Positions 16,893 through 27,522 are shown, counted from the first letter of the stretch. The stretch is 64,000 nucleotides of DNA from Candidatus Fervidifonticultor secundus (GCA_031459385.1 JAVKIP010000006.1:64001-128000), one strand, 5' to 3'. Made by a program: numbers and translations. The notes: a model not told the origin generated them from the letters alone.

Positions 16893-19550
16893 ATGGCCGT
16901 TCCGACCGGCACGGTCACGTTCCTCTTCTCCGACCTCGAGGGCTCGACACGGCTTCTCGAGCGGATCGGCGACCGGTATGCCCAGGTCCTGCACACATAC
17001 CTGACGCTGCTGCGCCGGGCCGCGGCAGCCGCCGGCGGGTACGAGTTCGAAACGCAGGGAGACGGTCTCTTCGTGGCCTTCGCGAGCGCCAGGGAGGCGC
17101 TGGCGGCGGCCGTCGAGGCGCAGCGCGACCTGCAGGCGCAGACGTGGCCAGACGATGCGCCGGTACGCGTGCGCATGGCGCTCCACACCGGCACGCCGGC
17201 GCTGACGGGCACGCGCTACGTCGGCATCGACCTGCACCGCACGGCGCGCATCTGCCAGGCGGGGTGGGGCGGCCAGGTGCTGCTCTCGCAGGCCACGCGC
17301 GACCTGGTGGTGGACACGCTGCCCCACGGCGTCCGTCTCCGCGACTTCGGCCAGTACCGCCTCAAGGACCTCCGGCGCCCGGAGCACCTCTACCAGGCGG
17401 TGATCGCGTCCCTCCCCTCCGAGTTCCCGCCCCTGCGCTCGCTGACGCCCCACCGTCACAACCTGCCCGTGCAGACCACGAGCTTCGTGGGCCGCGAGCG
17501 GGAAGTGCAGGAGGTCAAGGCGGCGCTGACCGGCGCGCGGCTGGTCACCCTCACCGGGACCGGCGGCAGCGGCAAGACGCGCCTGGCCATCCAGGTGGCG
17601 GCCGACGTCGCGGACATGTTCCCCGACGGCGCGTGGTTCGCGGACCTGGCGGCGCTGTCCGACCCGGCCCTGGTGCCGCAGACGCTGGCCGTCGCGGTGG
17701 GCGTCACGGAAGACCCCGGCCGGTCGCTGACCGAGACGCTCGTCGACGCCCTGCGCGACCGCCACCTCCTGGTGCTGCTGGACAACTGCGAGCACCTGCT
17801 GACGGCGTGCGCGGAGCTCGCGTTGGCCCTGCTGCGCGCGTGCCCGCGGGTGGTCGTGCTGACGACGAGCCGCGAGCCCCTGGACCTGCCCGGCGAGGTG
17901 ACGTATCCGGTCCCGCCACTTGCGCTCCCCGACCCCGCGCGCACGCCGTCGGTCGAGGAACTGGCCCGGGCCGACGCGGTGCGCCTGTTCGTCGAGCGCG
18001 CGTCGCTGGCCTCGCCGGCCTTCAGGCTGACCCCGCAGAACGCCCAGGCAGTGGTGCACCTGTGCCGCAGGCTCGACGGCATCCCGCTGGCGATCGAGCT
18101 GGCCGCGGCGCGGGTGAACGTGCTCTCGGTCGAGCAGATCAGCATCCGCCTGCACGACCGGTTCCGGCTGCTCGCGGGCAGGGCGCGGACCGTCCCGCGT
18201 CACCGCACCCTGCGCGCCGCCATGGACTGGAGCTACGACCTGCTGGCCGGGCCCGAACGCGCACTGCTGTGCCGCCTGTCGGTGTTCGCGGGCACCTTCG
18301 ACCTGGAAGCGGTCGAGGCGGTCTGCGGGGAGCGCGCCGACAGCTGGGGCACGCTCGACCTCCTGGCGCGGCTCGTGCAGCGCTCGCTGGTGACGTCGGA
18401 AGAGCACGGGGGAGAGATCCGCTACCGGATGCTGGAAACGATCCGCCAGTACGCGCGCGAGCACCTGCAGGCCTCGGGGGAGGAACCGGCGGTGCTCGAC
18501 CGGCACAGCCGGTGGTACCTGGCCCTGGCCGAGCGCGCCGAACCGGAGCTGCGCGGCCCGGACCAGGCGCGGTGGCTGTCGCGTCTGGACCGGGATCACG
18601 ACAACCTGCGCGCGGCGCTGGACTGGCTGACCGCGCGCGGGGAGCACGAGGCGACCCTGCGCCTGGCCCACGGGCTGTGGCGGTTCTGGTTCACGAAGAG
18701 CTACTACCGAGAGGGGCGCGGGCGGCTGGAGGAGGCGCTGCGCCGGAGCCTCGAGGCAGACGCCGCGCTGCGGGCAAAGGCCCTCGTGGGCGCCGGATAC
18801 CTGGCCCTCAACCAGGAAGACTACGCGGCCGCGTCGCGGCTACTCGAGGAGAGCCTGGCCATCGGCGAACGCCTGGGCGATCGCCGCGCCATCGCCCTCG
18901 CGCTCAACTGGCTGGGCGTCGTCGCCTGGCGTCTGGGCGAGTTCGGGCGCGCGGCAGCGCTCTACGAGCAGGGCATCGGCCTGGCGGAGGCCGCGGGCGC
19001 CGAGGACGTCAGGACCACGCTGCTGAACAATACGGCCCTCCTGAGTGCCAGTCGCGGTGACTTCACGCTGGCGCGGGCCCTGCTGGAGGAGGCCCTGGCC
19101 ATCCATCGGCGGAAGGCCGACAAGTGGGGCATCGCCAACGTGGCCGGGAACCTGGCCGTGATGGTCTTTCGCGAGGGCGACCCGGCGGCCGCGCGCGCGA
19201 TGGTCACGGAGAGCCTCCAGATCTTCCGCGAGCTGGGCGACGTGCGGGAACGGGCGAGCGACCTGCAGCTGCTCGGGATCCTGGCCGCCGAACGCGGCCA
19301 GGCGGCCCGCGCCGCGCGGATCCTCGGGGCCGTCGAGGCCGCTCGCGACAGCGTCGGCGCGCCGTTCGCCCGGATCGAGCGCGCGCTCTACGACTACGAG
19401 CGGCACGTGACCATGATCCGGGAGGCGCTGGGGCCCGACGCGTTCGCCAGCGCCTGGGCCGAGGGGCGCGCGATGGGCCTGGGCGAGGCCGTCGAGTACG
19501 CTTTGCACGATGAGCCGGCCGCCTCCAGCGTGCTGGACCTCACAGGATAA
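16893..19550 (+). CDS. Class III nucleotide cyclase - NB-ARC-like ATPase - TPR protein
   Basis: 'TFLFSDLEGST..QGDG..RMALHTG', Walker A 'GTGGSGKT', 'LLDNCEH', 'LDGIPLAIELAA', C-terminal TPRs. Confidence 0.9.
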   Translation: MAVPTGTVTFLFSDLEGSTRLLERIGDRYAQVLHTYLTLLRRAAAAAGGYEFETQGDGLFVAFASAREALAAAVEAQRDLQAQTWPDDAPVRVRMALHTGTPALTGTRYVGIDLHRTARICQAGWGGQVLLSQATRDLVVDTLPHGVRLRDFGQYRLKDLRRPEHLYQAVIASLPSEFPPLRSLTPHRHNLPVQTTSFVGREREVQEVKAALTGARLVTLTGTGGSGKTRLAIQVAADVADMFPDGAWFADLAALSDPALVPQTLAVAVGVTEDPGRSLTETLVDALRDRHLLVLLDNCEHLLTACAELALALLRACPRVVVLTTSREPLDLPGEVTYPVPPLALPDPARTPSVEELARADAVRLFVERASLASPAFRLTPQNAQAVVHLCRRLDGIPLAIELAAARVNVLSVEQISIRLHDRFRLLAGRARTVPRHRTLRAAMDWSYDLLAGPERALLCRLSVFAGTFDLEAVEAVCGERADSWGTLDLLARLVQRSLVTSEEHGGEIRYRMLETIRQYAREHLQASGEEPAVLDRHSRWYLALAERAEPELRGPDQARWLSRLDRDHDNLRAALDWLTARGEHEATLRLAHGLWRFWFTKSYYREGRGRLEEALRRSLEADAALRAKALVGAGYLALNQEDYAAASRLLEESLAIGERLGDRRAIALALNWLGVVAWRLGEFGRAAALYEQGIGLAEAAGAEDVRTTLLNNTALLSASRGDFTLARALLEEALAIHRRKADKWGIANVAGNLAVMVFREGDPAAARAMVTESLQIFRELGDVRERASDLQLLGILAAERGQAARAARILGAVEAARDSVGAPFARIERALYDYERHVTMIREALGPDAFASAWAEGRAMGLGEAVEYALHDEPAASSVLDLTG

Positions 19551-19676
19551 CCCGCCGCGCCCCGCGAACGGTCGCCAGGTAGTTCACGCGCCTGGGGCCC
19601 GCGCCGTCGGGCCGGACATCGTTGCGCCGTACCTGTCCCCGTGTCGACCGCAGGTCCGTCACAGCAGAAAGGGGTG

Positions 19677-19931
19677 GTGCGCACGCCGCTCTACATGATC
19701 CAGGCGTCCTACACGGCCGAGGCGTGGGAGGCGATGTGCGACGATCCGGCGATGTGCATGCCGGAACGGACGGTCAGGCCGGTCGAGGCGCTGGCGAAAA
19801 CCGCGGGCATCGAGGTGGAGTACGCGGACGGGTGGGGCCCCCTCGGCGAGAAGACCACGCCGCTGCTGGACCCGAAGCAGAACGAGACCGAGCAGGCCTT
19901 CAGGCTCGCGGGGACCTACAGACCCGCCTGA
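19677..19931 (+). pseudogene. GYD-domain-like small protein with an apparent internal deletion
   Basis: 'PLYMIQASYTAEAW' start and 'KTTPLL...YRP' end resemble the GYD family; the middle strand/helix seems missing. Confidence 0.45.
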
Positions 19932-19934
19932 CGC

Positions 19935-20852
19935 ATGGACCGCCGGACCCTCGCCGCGCTGGCGGCGACGCTGCTGACCTGGTCATCGGCCTACGCCGCC
20001 ATCCGCGCCGGTTTGACGGGGTACCAGCCCGTGCACCTGGCGACGCTGCGGTACGTAATCGCCTCGGCGCTGCTGGCCGGCCACGCGCTCGCCGCCGGGG
20101 TTCGCCCGCCGGTGCTGCGCGACCTCCCCGCGATCGTGGCGCTGGGCGCCACCGGCATCACGACGTACACGCTGGCGTTGGCCTTCGGCCTGCGCACCGT
20201 CGCGGCCGGCGCGGGCAGCCTCATCATCTCCTCGCAGTCGATCTGGATCGCGCTGTTCGCCGTCGCTTTCCTGCGCGAGCGGCTGACCGTGTGGGGGTGG
20301 CTCGGGACGCTGCTGAGCTTCGGCGGCGTGGCCCTCATCGTCTGGGGTGAGGGCAGGGGCGCCGACGCCGCCAGCAGCGGTGCGGGCGCCGCAAGCGCAG
20401 GCCTCGCGGTCGACCGCAACGCGCTGTGGGTGGTGCTGGCCGCCGTGGCTACCGCCGCCTACTTCGTGGGCCAGAAGCCGCTGCTGGGGCGGTACGCGGC
20501 GACGGCCCTTAACGCGTACTGCATCTGGGTCGGCACGGGCCTGATGCTGCTGGCCTCCGGCGGCCTGCTCGCGGCCGTGCGCGAAGCGCCGGCGGCGGCG
20601 ACGCTGGCCGCAGTCTACCTGGGCGTCTTCCCCACCGCGATCGGCTACGCCACGTGGACGTACGCGCTGTCCCGGGCACCGGCGGCGATCGTGGGCAACG
20701 CGCTGTACCTGATCGCGCCGCTGGCGATCGTGGTGGCGTGGGCGTGGCTGGGCGAGGTCCCGCGGGTGCTGTCGCTGCTCGGCGGCGGGGTGGTGCTGGC
20801 GGGCATCGCCCTGGTCAACGCGCGGGGTCACCCTCGTGCCGGCGCCGCGTAG
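19935..20852 (+). CDS. EamA/DMT family transporter
   Basis: Two EamA repeats, 'FLRERL', 'WLGEVP'. Confidence 0.9.
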   Translation: MDRRTLAALAATLLTWSSAYAAIRAGLTGYQPVHLATLRYVIASALLAGHALAAGVRPPVLRDLPAIVALGATGITTYTLALAFGLRTVAAGAGSLIISSQSIWIALFAVAFLRERLTVWGWLGTLLSFGGVALIVWGEGRGADAASSGAGAASAGLAVDRNALWVVLAAVATAAYFVGQKPLLGRYAATALNAYCIWVGTGLMLLASGGLLAAVREAPAAATLAAVYLGVFPTAIGYATWTYALSRAPAAIVGNALYLIAPLAIVVAWAWLGEVPRVLSLLGGGVVLAGIALVNARGHPRAGAA

Positions 20853-20904
20853 ATCTCCTCGCGCACCTGAGGGTCGCGCTCGCGGGCGAGGCGCGCGTCC
20901 CGCG

Positions 20905-22095
20905 TCACGGCGCCGGCGCCTCGCGCGCGGCCCCGGCGGGCTGCGTGTGCGCCGCGGCCAGTGCCGGGACTGGCCGCAGCCACGCCACGGCGCCGGCCAG
21001 CACGACCACCAGTGCCGCTGACAGCAGCAGCGGCAGCGCGGGGTTGGCCCGGTACGCGTAGCCGCCGACCACCACGCCGGCGGCGGCCAGAAGCGCGGCC
21101 AGCATGCCGGAGATGGCGAAGGCCCGGCCGAGCATCTCGCCCGGCGCGCGCGCGCCGACCAGTGCCTGGCCCAGCGCGGCGGTCGGCGCCCGGGCGCGCA
21201 GGACCGAAGCCACCGGCAGCAGCGCCGCCGGCCCGTAGACGTTCAGGGTCATCCCGAGCGCGTAGACGAGCAGCGCGCCGGCCAGCGCCGGGGTGACCCC
21301 CAGGCGGTCGCCCAGGCGGCCGCCGACCGCGGTCAGCGCGACCCCGCCGACCGCCGTCATCGAGCCCAGGAACCCGATCTCCGACAGCGACAGCCCGCGC
21401 ACCTCGCGCAGGAACGGGGTGAGGAACGGGGCCGCGGCCAGGACCGCCACCGCGGGGCCCGCGACCAGAAGCAGCACCGGCAACTGCGGCCGCAGCGCGG
21501 GCCACGCCATCGGCAGTGCCGGTCCCGACCTGCGCGGGGCGGGCGGCGCGCCCCGGACGCGCAGCACCACCGCGGTGGAAACAGCATAGCAGGCCGCGGC
21601 CAGCAGGAGCGTCGCCCGGATGCCCCACCGGTCGGCCACGACGCCGCCGAGCGTGGGCGCCACCAGGAAGGCCGTGGACGTCATCATGCCCAGCGTGGCG
21701 AACGTCGACGCCAGGCGGTCGGGCGTCACCCGCTCGGCGACGAACGCGTGCACCGCCGGCAACCCGAAGAACGTCACCTCGTAGAGCAGCAGGCCTGGCA
21801 GCAGCCACACGTACGCGGGCGCCGCAGCCAGCAGCAGCGGTACCGGCGCGGCCGACACCCACGACGCAATGATGACGGTGCGGCGGCGCCAGCGGTCGGC
21901 GACCAGGATGCCGATCAGGTACCCGCCGGCCAGGGCCAGGTAGCGCAGGTTGAACAGCGTGCCGAGGTGCACCGGCGAGGCCCCGAGCTGGCGCGCGAAG
22001 ATCGGCACCAGCTGCTCGTACAGGCCGATCCCGAACGTCCACAGGAACAGCGCCGCGAACAGCGCGCGCAGGTTGCGGTCCTCCGGCAGCGTCAT
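20905..22095 (-). CDS. MFS transporter
   Basis: About 12 TM segments, 'ADRWRRR' and 'GRLGDRLG' loops; start MTLPEDRNL overlaps the kinase stop. Confidence 0.88.
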   Translation of the reverse strand: MTLPEDRNLRALFAALFLWTFGIGLYEQLVPIFARQLGASPVHLGTLFNLRYLALAGGYLIGILVADRWRRRTVIIASWVSAAPVPLLLAAAPAYVWLLPGLLLYEVTFFGLPAVHAFVAERVTPDRLASTFATLGMMTSTAFLVAPTLGGVVADRWGIRATLLLAAACYAVSTAVVLRVRGAPPAPRRSGPALPMAWPALRPQLPVLLLVAGPAVAVLAAAPFLTPFLREVRGLSLSEIGFLGSMTAVGGVALTAVGGRLGDRLGVTPALAGALLVYALGMTLNVYGPAALLPVASVLRARAPTAALGQALVGARAPGEMLGRAFAISGMLAALLAAAGVVVGGYAYRANPALPLLLSAALVVVLAGAVAWLRPVPALAAAHTQPAGAAREAPAP

Positions 22096-23153
22096 CGCGG
22101 CCTCACCGTCCGGACGTGCAGCCCTCGCCGGGCGACGCGCGTCTCCAGCACGCGAACACCTGCGGCGCGCAGCGCGCGCTCCACCGCCGGCTTGGCGCCG
22201 GTACGCGTGTAGGCCAGCACGCACCCCCCGCCGCCCGCCCCGCACGCCTTCCCGCCCGTCGCGCCGTGGCGGCGGGCCACCGCCAGCACCTGCTCGATCT
22301 CGGGCGTGGAGACTCCCGAGGCCAGCCGCCGCCGGTGGGCCCATTCCTCGCCGATCAACTCGCCCACCGCGTCCAGGTCGCCGGCGCGCAGCGCGTCCCG
22401 CACCTGCCGCGCAACCACCCCGATGCGGCGCAGACCGCTCACCGCGCGCGGTGAGCCGTCCAGGTACGCGCGCACCACCCCCCAGTTCGTGAGCCCCGAG
22501 GCGTGCGGCTGGCCGGTGTAGGCCAGCACCAGACGCTCTTCCAGTGCCCGGCGCTGGCCGGGCCGGCGCAGCAGCGGCTCGATCCGGTCACCGTCGACGC
22601 CGAAGGCGATGGCGTTCACGCCGCCGCAGACCGCCGCCAGGTAGTCCTGCCGGCCCGTGAGCGTGCGCAGCGAGGCGGCTTCCAGGCGCCAGGCTGCCGC
22701 CACCAGATCGTCGGGCCGCCGGGGCCGGCGGCCCAGGCGGTCGAGCGCGGCGAGCAGCGCCACGAGCAGCGCCGACGACGCGCCCAGCCCCGAGCCCGGC
22801 GGCGCCGCAGAGTGCAGCGTGACCTCCAGCCCCCCGCCGCGGCCGAGACGCCCGGCGGCATGGCGGAGCGCGCGGCAGGCCAGGTCGAGCCGACCTCCGG
22901 TCGGCAGGGCGTCGAGTCCCTCGCCGGTCACCTGCACATTGAGATCCTCGGAGCGCACGACGACCCCGACCCGCCGACGCGTCACGCGGACCCGCACGGG
23001 GATCTCTACTGCGACGTTGACGGTCCAGGCGTCGTCCTCCAGCAGGTAGAGCGGGTGAATGTCGAGCGTCCCGCCGGCCAGGTCCACTCGGGTGGGCGCC
23101 TGCGCCAGGACGGCCGCCGGGCGTTGCGTCGTCCTAGTGCGCTGCGCCGTCAT
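22092..23153 (-). CDS. GHMP family sugar kinase (HddA/heptose-7-phosphate kinase-like)
   Basis: 'APTRVDLAGGTLD', 'PPGSGLGASSA', 'GRQD', 'GAGGGG'. Confidence 0.88.
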   Translation of the reverse strand: MTAQRTRTTQRPAAVLAQAPTRVDLAGGTLDIHPLYLLEDDAWTVNVAVEIPVRVRVTRRRVGVVVRSEDLNVQVTGEGLDALPTGGRLDLACRALRHAAGRLGRGGGLEVTLHSAAPPGSGLGASSALLVALLAALDRLGRRPRRPDDLVAAAWRLEAASLRTLTGRQDYLAAVCGGVNAIAFGVDGDRIEPLLRRPGQRRALEERLVLAYTGQPHASGLTNWGVVRAYLDGSPRAVSGLRRIGVVARQVRDALRAGDLDAVGELIGEEWAHRRRLASGVSTPEIEQVLAVARRHGATGGKACGAGGGGCVLAYTRTGAKPAVERALRAAGVRVLETRVARRGLHVRTVRPR

Positions 23154-23184
23154 CGCCCCCTGTCCCCGCCGCTGCCCTGCCGCT

Positions 23185-23865
23185 TCACCGGAACATCCCG
23201 TCCAGCGCGCGCCGGAACGCCTCGGTCGCCCCTCGCACCGAGCGCGGCGTGCGCCCCGTGACGACGACGCCGATCATCACCGCCCACACCTGCGGGATGG
23301 CGAAGTAGCGCGGCAGGTCCTCGGGCTGCACCCGGCGCTGGCTGGGCACGATGAGCCGGCGCCGCGTCACCTGCCCGAGCCGCGCCAGCGCCACCAGGTC
23401 GTCGGCCACGGGGTCGGTGCCGTAGCCGTCCGGCGGGACCAGGGCGGCCTCCAGCCAGTCCCCGGGCAGCGCGGCGATGGCCCCGTAGGCTGCCACGGGG
23501 TAGTCGTGCGGGATAGCCGGCACCACCGGCACGCCGGCCTCATAGAGGAACAGCGGCAGGCGCGTGATGTAGGCGTCGAGGAACGCGAACCGGCGCAGCC
23601 GCGGCAGGTCGTCGCGGGCGACCATCTGCTCCTCGCCCGGCACGAGCCCGGTGGGCACGCCCAGGCGCAGGATCACCTCCAGGCGCGCCCATTCGTCGTC
23701 GAGGGAACCGAACCGCACGCGGGCCGCCCGGTGGAAGACGTTGACGTGCACCTTGAGGAGGTCGGCCCCGCCGGCAGCGGCCGCGTCCGCCAGGGCGGGA
23801 TCGTTGCGGGGCAGGCTGACGATCAGCAGCCCGCGGCGATCGGGGATCGACGGCACCGTGGCCAC
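23185..23865 (-). CDS. Uncharacterised protein, probable ribulose-phosphate-binding TIM barrel
   Basis: 'LIVSLPRND..AAAGGADLLKVH', C-terminal 'AVMIGVVVTG'; GC-biased frame inside the operon. Confidence 0.65.
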   Translation of the reverse strand: MATVPSIPDRRGLLIVSLPRNDPALADAAAAGGADLLKVHVNVFHRAARVRFGSLDDEWARLEVILRLGVPTGLVPGEEQMVARDDLPRLRRFAFLDAYITRLPLFLYEAGVPVVPAIPHDYPVAAYGAIAALPGDWLEAALVPPDGYGTDPVADDLVALARLGQVTRRRLIVPSQRRVQPEDLPRYFAIPQVWAVMIGVVVTGRTPRSVRGATEAFRRALDGMFR

Positions 23866-23888
23866 GGCCTGGTCCCTCCCCCGGGCCC

Positions 23889-25256
23889 TCAGAGGAACGC
23901 GCCGCGCGCGCGCAGCGCCTCCCGCAGTGCCTGCACGTCGATGCCGCGCGGCGTCGTCCCCTGCCGGACGGCGATCGCTGCCGCGATTCCCGCCGCCTGC
24001 GCGATGGCCATGACGATCGCCGAGACCCGGAACGCCGCGGCGGCCTCGTGGGTGGCCGAGATGCACCTGCCGGCCACCAGCCAGTTCTGGCCGCCGCGCG
24101 GCAGCAGGCACCGGTAGGGAATCGTATAGTACTCGCCGTCGGGCAGGCGGCGGGCGACCAGACGCAGCGAGGCCGGATCGTGGATGTCGATCGGGTAGGC
24201 CCCGCAGGCGACGGCGTCATCGAACTTGCGGGCACCCAGCACGTCGTCGGCGGTCAGCACGTAGTCGCCCAGCACCCGCCGGGTCTCGCGCACGCCGATC
24301 TGCGCCGGCGTCTCCAGCAGGTAGGCGGCGGCGAAGCCGGGCACGTGCCGGCGGAGGAACTCCGCCACGAAGTACGCCTGCTGTCGGCCTTCCACCTCGG
24401 CGCGGGCCAGGTCGGCGCCCACGACGCCCACCCGGTCGAGCACGCGCGTGGTGTTCACCACGGCCTCGCCGGGGCGCACGCCCTCGAAGACCAGCAGCCG
24501 GTCGCGGGGGATCGTCCACTCGCCGCGCGCGCGCGCCGCGCTGACCAGCCCCCCGAAGCCCGCGAAGCCGCGCGACGGCAGCCGCCGCAGCCAGCCGACG
24601 TCGATGCGCTCGTGGATCCCCTGGCCGTGCTGGACGTCGTCGGGGTGCGCCGCCAGGTGGTCCATCACCTCCTCCCAGTCCACGCCGCCCAGGCGCATCA
24701 TGAGGGTCATGGGCTGGGGCCGCCCGTCGGCGGGCCGGCCGATCTCGAACGGCGCGCCGGCCGCCACCGACAGGTCGCCGTCGCCCGAGGCGTCGACGAA
24801 CACCGGCGCGCGCAGGGTCTTGATCCCGTCTTTCTGCCAGACGCGCACGCGCTCCACGACGCCGTCGCCCGCGGCCGCCTCCAGGAACACCGTGTGCAGC
24901 CAGAGGTCCACGTCGGCGGCGACCGCCATCTCCAGCAGCACGCGCTTGAGGCCCTCGTAGTCGAAGGGCGTGATGGACGCGCAGAAGTCGATGGGGTCGG
25001 GCACGTGCCCGGGCGAGGCGCCCAGGGCCTGCAGGCGCTCGACGATCTCCTGCGGGAGGCCGCGGACGACCTGCTGCCCGCCGGCGTGGAAGCCCATCAT
25101 CGGCGCCACCATCGCGGCGGTCAGCGTGCCGCCCAGGAAGCCGTAGCGCTCCACGCAGACCACCCGGGCGCCCTCGCGCGCCGCGGCGATGCTCGCCACT
25201 GACCCGGCCGGGCCGCCCCCGACCACCACGACGTCGTAGCGCGCCTCGCCGGTCAC
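23889..25256 (-). CDS. FAD-dependent oxidoreductase (FAD_oxidored type)
   Basis: 'DVVVVGGGPAG', 'VDASGDGDL', 'GVRETRR', 'IPYRCL', 'AGRCIS'. Confidence 0.9.
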   Translation of the reverse strand: MTGEARYDVVVVGGGPAGSVASIAAAREGARVVCVERYGFLGGTLTAAMVAPMMGFHAGGQQVVRGLPQEIVERLQALGASPGHVPDPIDFCASITPFDYEGLKRVLLEMAVAADVDLWLHTVFLEAAAGDGVVERVRVWQKDGIKTLRAPVFVDASGDGDLSVAAGAPFEIGRPADGRPQPMTLMMRLGGVDWEEVMDHLAAHPDDVQHGQGIHERIDVGWLRRLPSRGFAGFGGLVSAARARGEWTIPRDRLLVFEGVRPGEAVVNTTRVLDRVGVVGADLARAEVEGRQQAYFVAEFLRRHVPGFAAAYLLETPAQIGVRETRRVLGDYVLTADDVLGARKFDDAVACGAYPIDIHDPASLRLVARRLPDGEYYTIPYRCLLPRGGQNWLVAGRCISATHEAAAAFRVSAIVMAIAQAAGIAAAIAVRQGTTPRGIDVQALREALRARGAFL

Positions 25257-26761
25257 AGCGCGGCCAGCTCCTCGGGAAGCTCCACGTGGATCTCGAAGAG
25301 CCGGTCCCAGGGAAACGCCAGGCCCCGCAGCGCCGGGCCACCGAAGATGCGCTCGATGGGGGGCAGCACCTTCTCGTGGAACCGCCGCAGGGCCGCTTCG
25401 CGCACCGCGCCGGTCGCCGGGCCAAGGTGGCCGCTGTCGGCGCCGAGGTGTGGGAGCACCTCGCGCGCCAGGTAAGGCCGGACGACGGCCTGGTAGCCCC
25501 AGTCGTCCAGCAGGCGGCGCAGCAGGTAGCGCCGGCGGATCTCGCGGTAGCGGGTCGGGCTCAGGCGCGCGCGCGCGTGGTAGCTCAGCACCAGGTGGGC
25601 CACCACGGTGCCCAGGCTGTTGCTGCAGGTGTTCCACCCGGCGTAGCCGGAGAGGCCGGCGAAGTCGTCCCGGACCAGCAGCGCGTTGACCAGGGCGTCG
25701 TCCGCCCCGTTGGCGAAGCGCACGTCGGCGCACCCGCACAGGATCCCGCGCCCGGCGGTCTCGGCCAGCGCGGTCGCCACGGTCCGCACCGGTGCCGGGG
25801 GGGCCCCGCGCTGGTCGATCGCCTCGCGCTGCTGCGCGCCCGCGAAGTTGTGCACCCACAGCACCGCCTCGATCCCCTCCTCGGCCACGGGGCAGCCGGC
25901 GGCGTCCAGATGCGCCATGACCGTCTCCTCCAGCGGCGCGGGCTCGTAGCGCGGAATGCTGCGCCGCGCCTCGGGGAAGGTGTACCGCACGGCCACGCGC
26001 GGCGCGCGCCCGGCGACGTCGTTAGCCAGGCGCGCCAGGAGCCGCGCGTTGAGCTCGTCGGCGCCCGCCGAGATGTGCACGCGTCCGGCGCCCAGGCGCG
26101 CGCGCAGCCGGCGCAGCACGGCCAGGTCGGCGCGCGGCAACCCGTAGGGCTCGGCGTCGTCCTGGCCGATCAGCAGCGCCCGCAGCGCGCCCTGGGCGGC
26201 CAGCAGCATCAGCTCGATGTTGAGTAGCAGCTGGCGGCGGCGGCGGCGGAGCATATCGTCGACCACCTGGGCGGGGACCGCATCGAGCGCGCGCAGCGCG
26301 TCGCGGACCTTCCCCTCGTCGCCCGACTGCTCGCCGGCGTCCAGCCGGCTGGAGTACAGCCGCAGCGCGTCGCCGTGCGGCCCCCAGTAGGCGGGCTCCT
26401 CGTCGGCACCGCCGGCCGGGATGCGCGGGTTCACGGCGCTGAGGTACGTCGCCACCCGGCCAGCTAGGCGCACCAGCCGATCCAGCCGTGCCCACAGCAC
26501 GTCCAGCGGATCGACCGAGAGGCGCGACGCCACCAGCCCGCCGTGCAGGAGGACCTCGGCGGAGGCGATCAGCGCATCCGCCGACGCCGCTTCCCGCTCG
26601 ACCCAGCGCCACAGCCCGTCCAGGTCGGCGGGCTGCCGGCGGTGCCCCAGCAGGGCGCGCGGCGGCGTCGCCCACCCGTCGCCCAGCAGCGGGAGCAGGT
26701 CGAGCACCGTTTCCCGGGTCGCGGGGCGGGCGTCGAGCGGCACAAAAAGCAGGCGCTTCAC
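25253..26761 (-). CDS. DUF4127 family protein
   Basis: 'VPLDARP', 'GGLVASR', 'GQDDA', 'GADE', 'DVRFANGAD', 'YAGWNTCSNSLGT', 'LDDWGYQ'. Confidence 0.82.
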   Translation of the reverse strand: MKRLLFVPLDARPATRETVLDLLPLLGDGWATPPRALLGHRRQPADLDGLWRWVEREAASADALIASAEVLLHGGLVASRLSVDPLDVLWARLDRLVRLAGRVATYLSAVNPRIPAGGADEEPAYWGPHGDALRLYSSRLDAGEQSGDEGKVRDALRALDAVPAQVVDDMLRRRRRQLLLNIELMLLAAQGALRALLIGQDDAEPYGLPRADLAVLRRLRARLGAGRVHISAGADELNARLLARLANDVAGRAPRVAVRYTFPEARRSIPRYEPAPLEETVMAHLDAAGCPVAEEGIEAVLWVHNFAGAQQREAIDQRGAPPAPVRTVATALAETAGRGILCGCADVRFANGADDALVNALLVRDDFAGLSGYAGWNTCSNSLGTVVAHLVLSYHARARLSPTRYREIRRRYLLRRLLDDWGYQAVVRPYLAREVLPHLGADSGHLGPATGAVREAALRRFHEKVLPPIERIFGGPALRGLAFPWDRLFEIHVELPEELAAL

Positions 26762-27522
26762 CGCACCGCCCCCGCCAGCAGTCCCCGCACGAAGTACCGC
26801 TGCGTGAGCACGAACACGACCACGATCGGCAGCGTCATCAGCACGGCGCCGGCGGCCACCGCGCGCGTGCTGTGCGCGAACAGGCCCGAGAGGTACAGCA
26901 GCCCGACGGCCAGCGGGTACTTCTCGGGCGACTTGAGCACGACGAGCGGCCAGAGGAACGAGTTCCACACCGCCACGAACTCGAAGAGCGCCAGCGCTCC
27001 CAGCGCCGGCCGGATCCCGGGCAGCATCACGCGCTGCCAGATCGTCCACTCGGAGGCCCCGTCCAGGCGCGCGGCGTCTTCCAGTTCGGCGGGCACCGCC
27101 AGGAACGCCTGCCGCAGCAGGAGGATGCCGAAGACGCTCACCGCGCCGGGCAGCACCACGCCCGCGTAGGTGTCCACCAGGCGCAGGTGCAGCAGCGTGA
27201 CGAAGTTGACGATCAGGCCGATGTGCCCGGGGAGCATCAGCGTCGCCAGCAGCAGCCCGGTGACCACCCGGCGCCCCGGGAACTCCATGCGCGCCAGGGG
27301 GTAGGCGGCCATGGCGCACAGCGTCACCTGCAGCGCCACCCCTGCCCCGACCAGCACCAGCGTGTTGGCGAAGAAGCGCGGCAGCGGCATCGTCTGCCAC
27401 ACGCCGGCGAAGTGGACCAGCGACGGCGGCCAGGGCCACAGGGCCGGCGGGAACCCGAAGACCGGGCCGCGTGCGCGCAGGGCCACGGCCAGGAGCCACA
27501 GCAGCGGAAAGGTCGTGAACAC
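26758..27522 (-). CDS. Carbohydrate ABC permease (MalG-like); true start probably further upstream, near 27590
   Basis: 'ELEDAARLDGASEW', 'WNSFLWP'; frame stays open upstream through a hydrophobic segment with no ATG/GTG/TTG. Confidence 0.88.
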   Translation of the reverse strand: MFTTFPLLWLLAVALRARGPVFGFPPALWPWPPSLVHFAGVWQTMPLPRFFANTLVLVGAGVALQVTLCAMAAYPLARMEFPGRRVVTGLLLATLMLPGHIGLIVNFVTLLHLRLVDTYAGVVLPGAVSVFGILLLRQAFLAVPAELEDAARLDGASEWTIWQRVMLPGIRPALGALALFEFVAVWNSFLWPLVVLKSPEKYPLAVGLLYLSGLFAHSTRAVAAGAVLMTLPIVVVFVLTQRYFVRGLLAGAVR

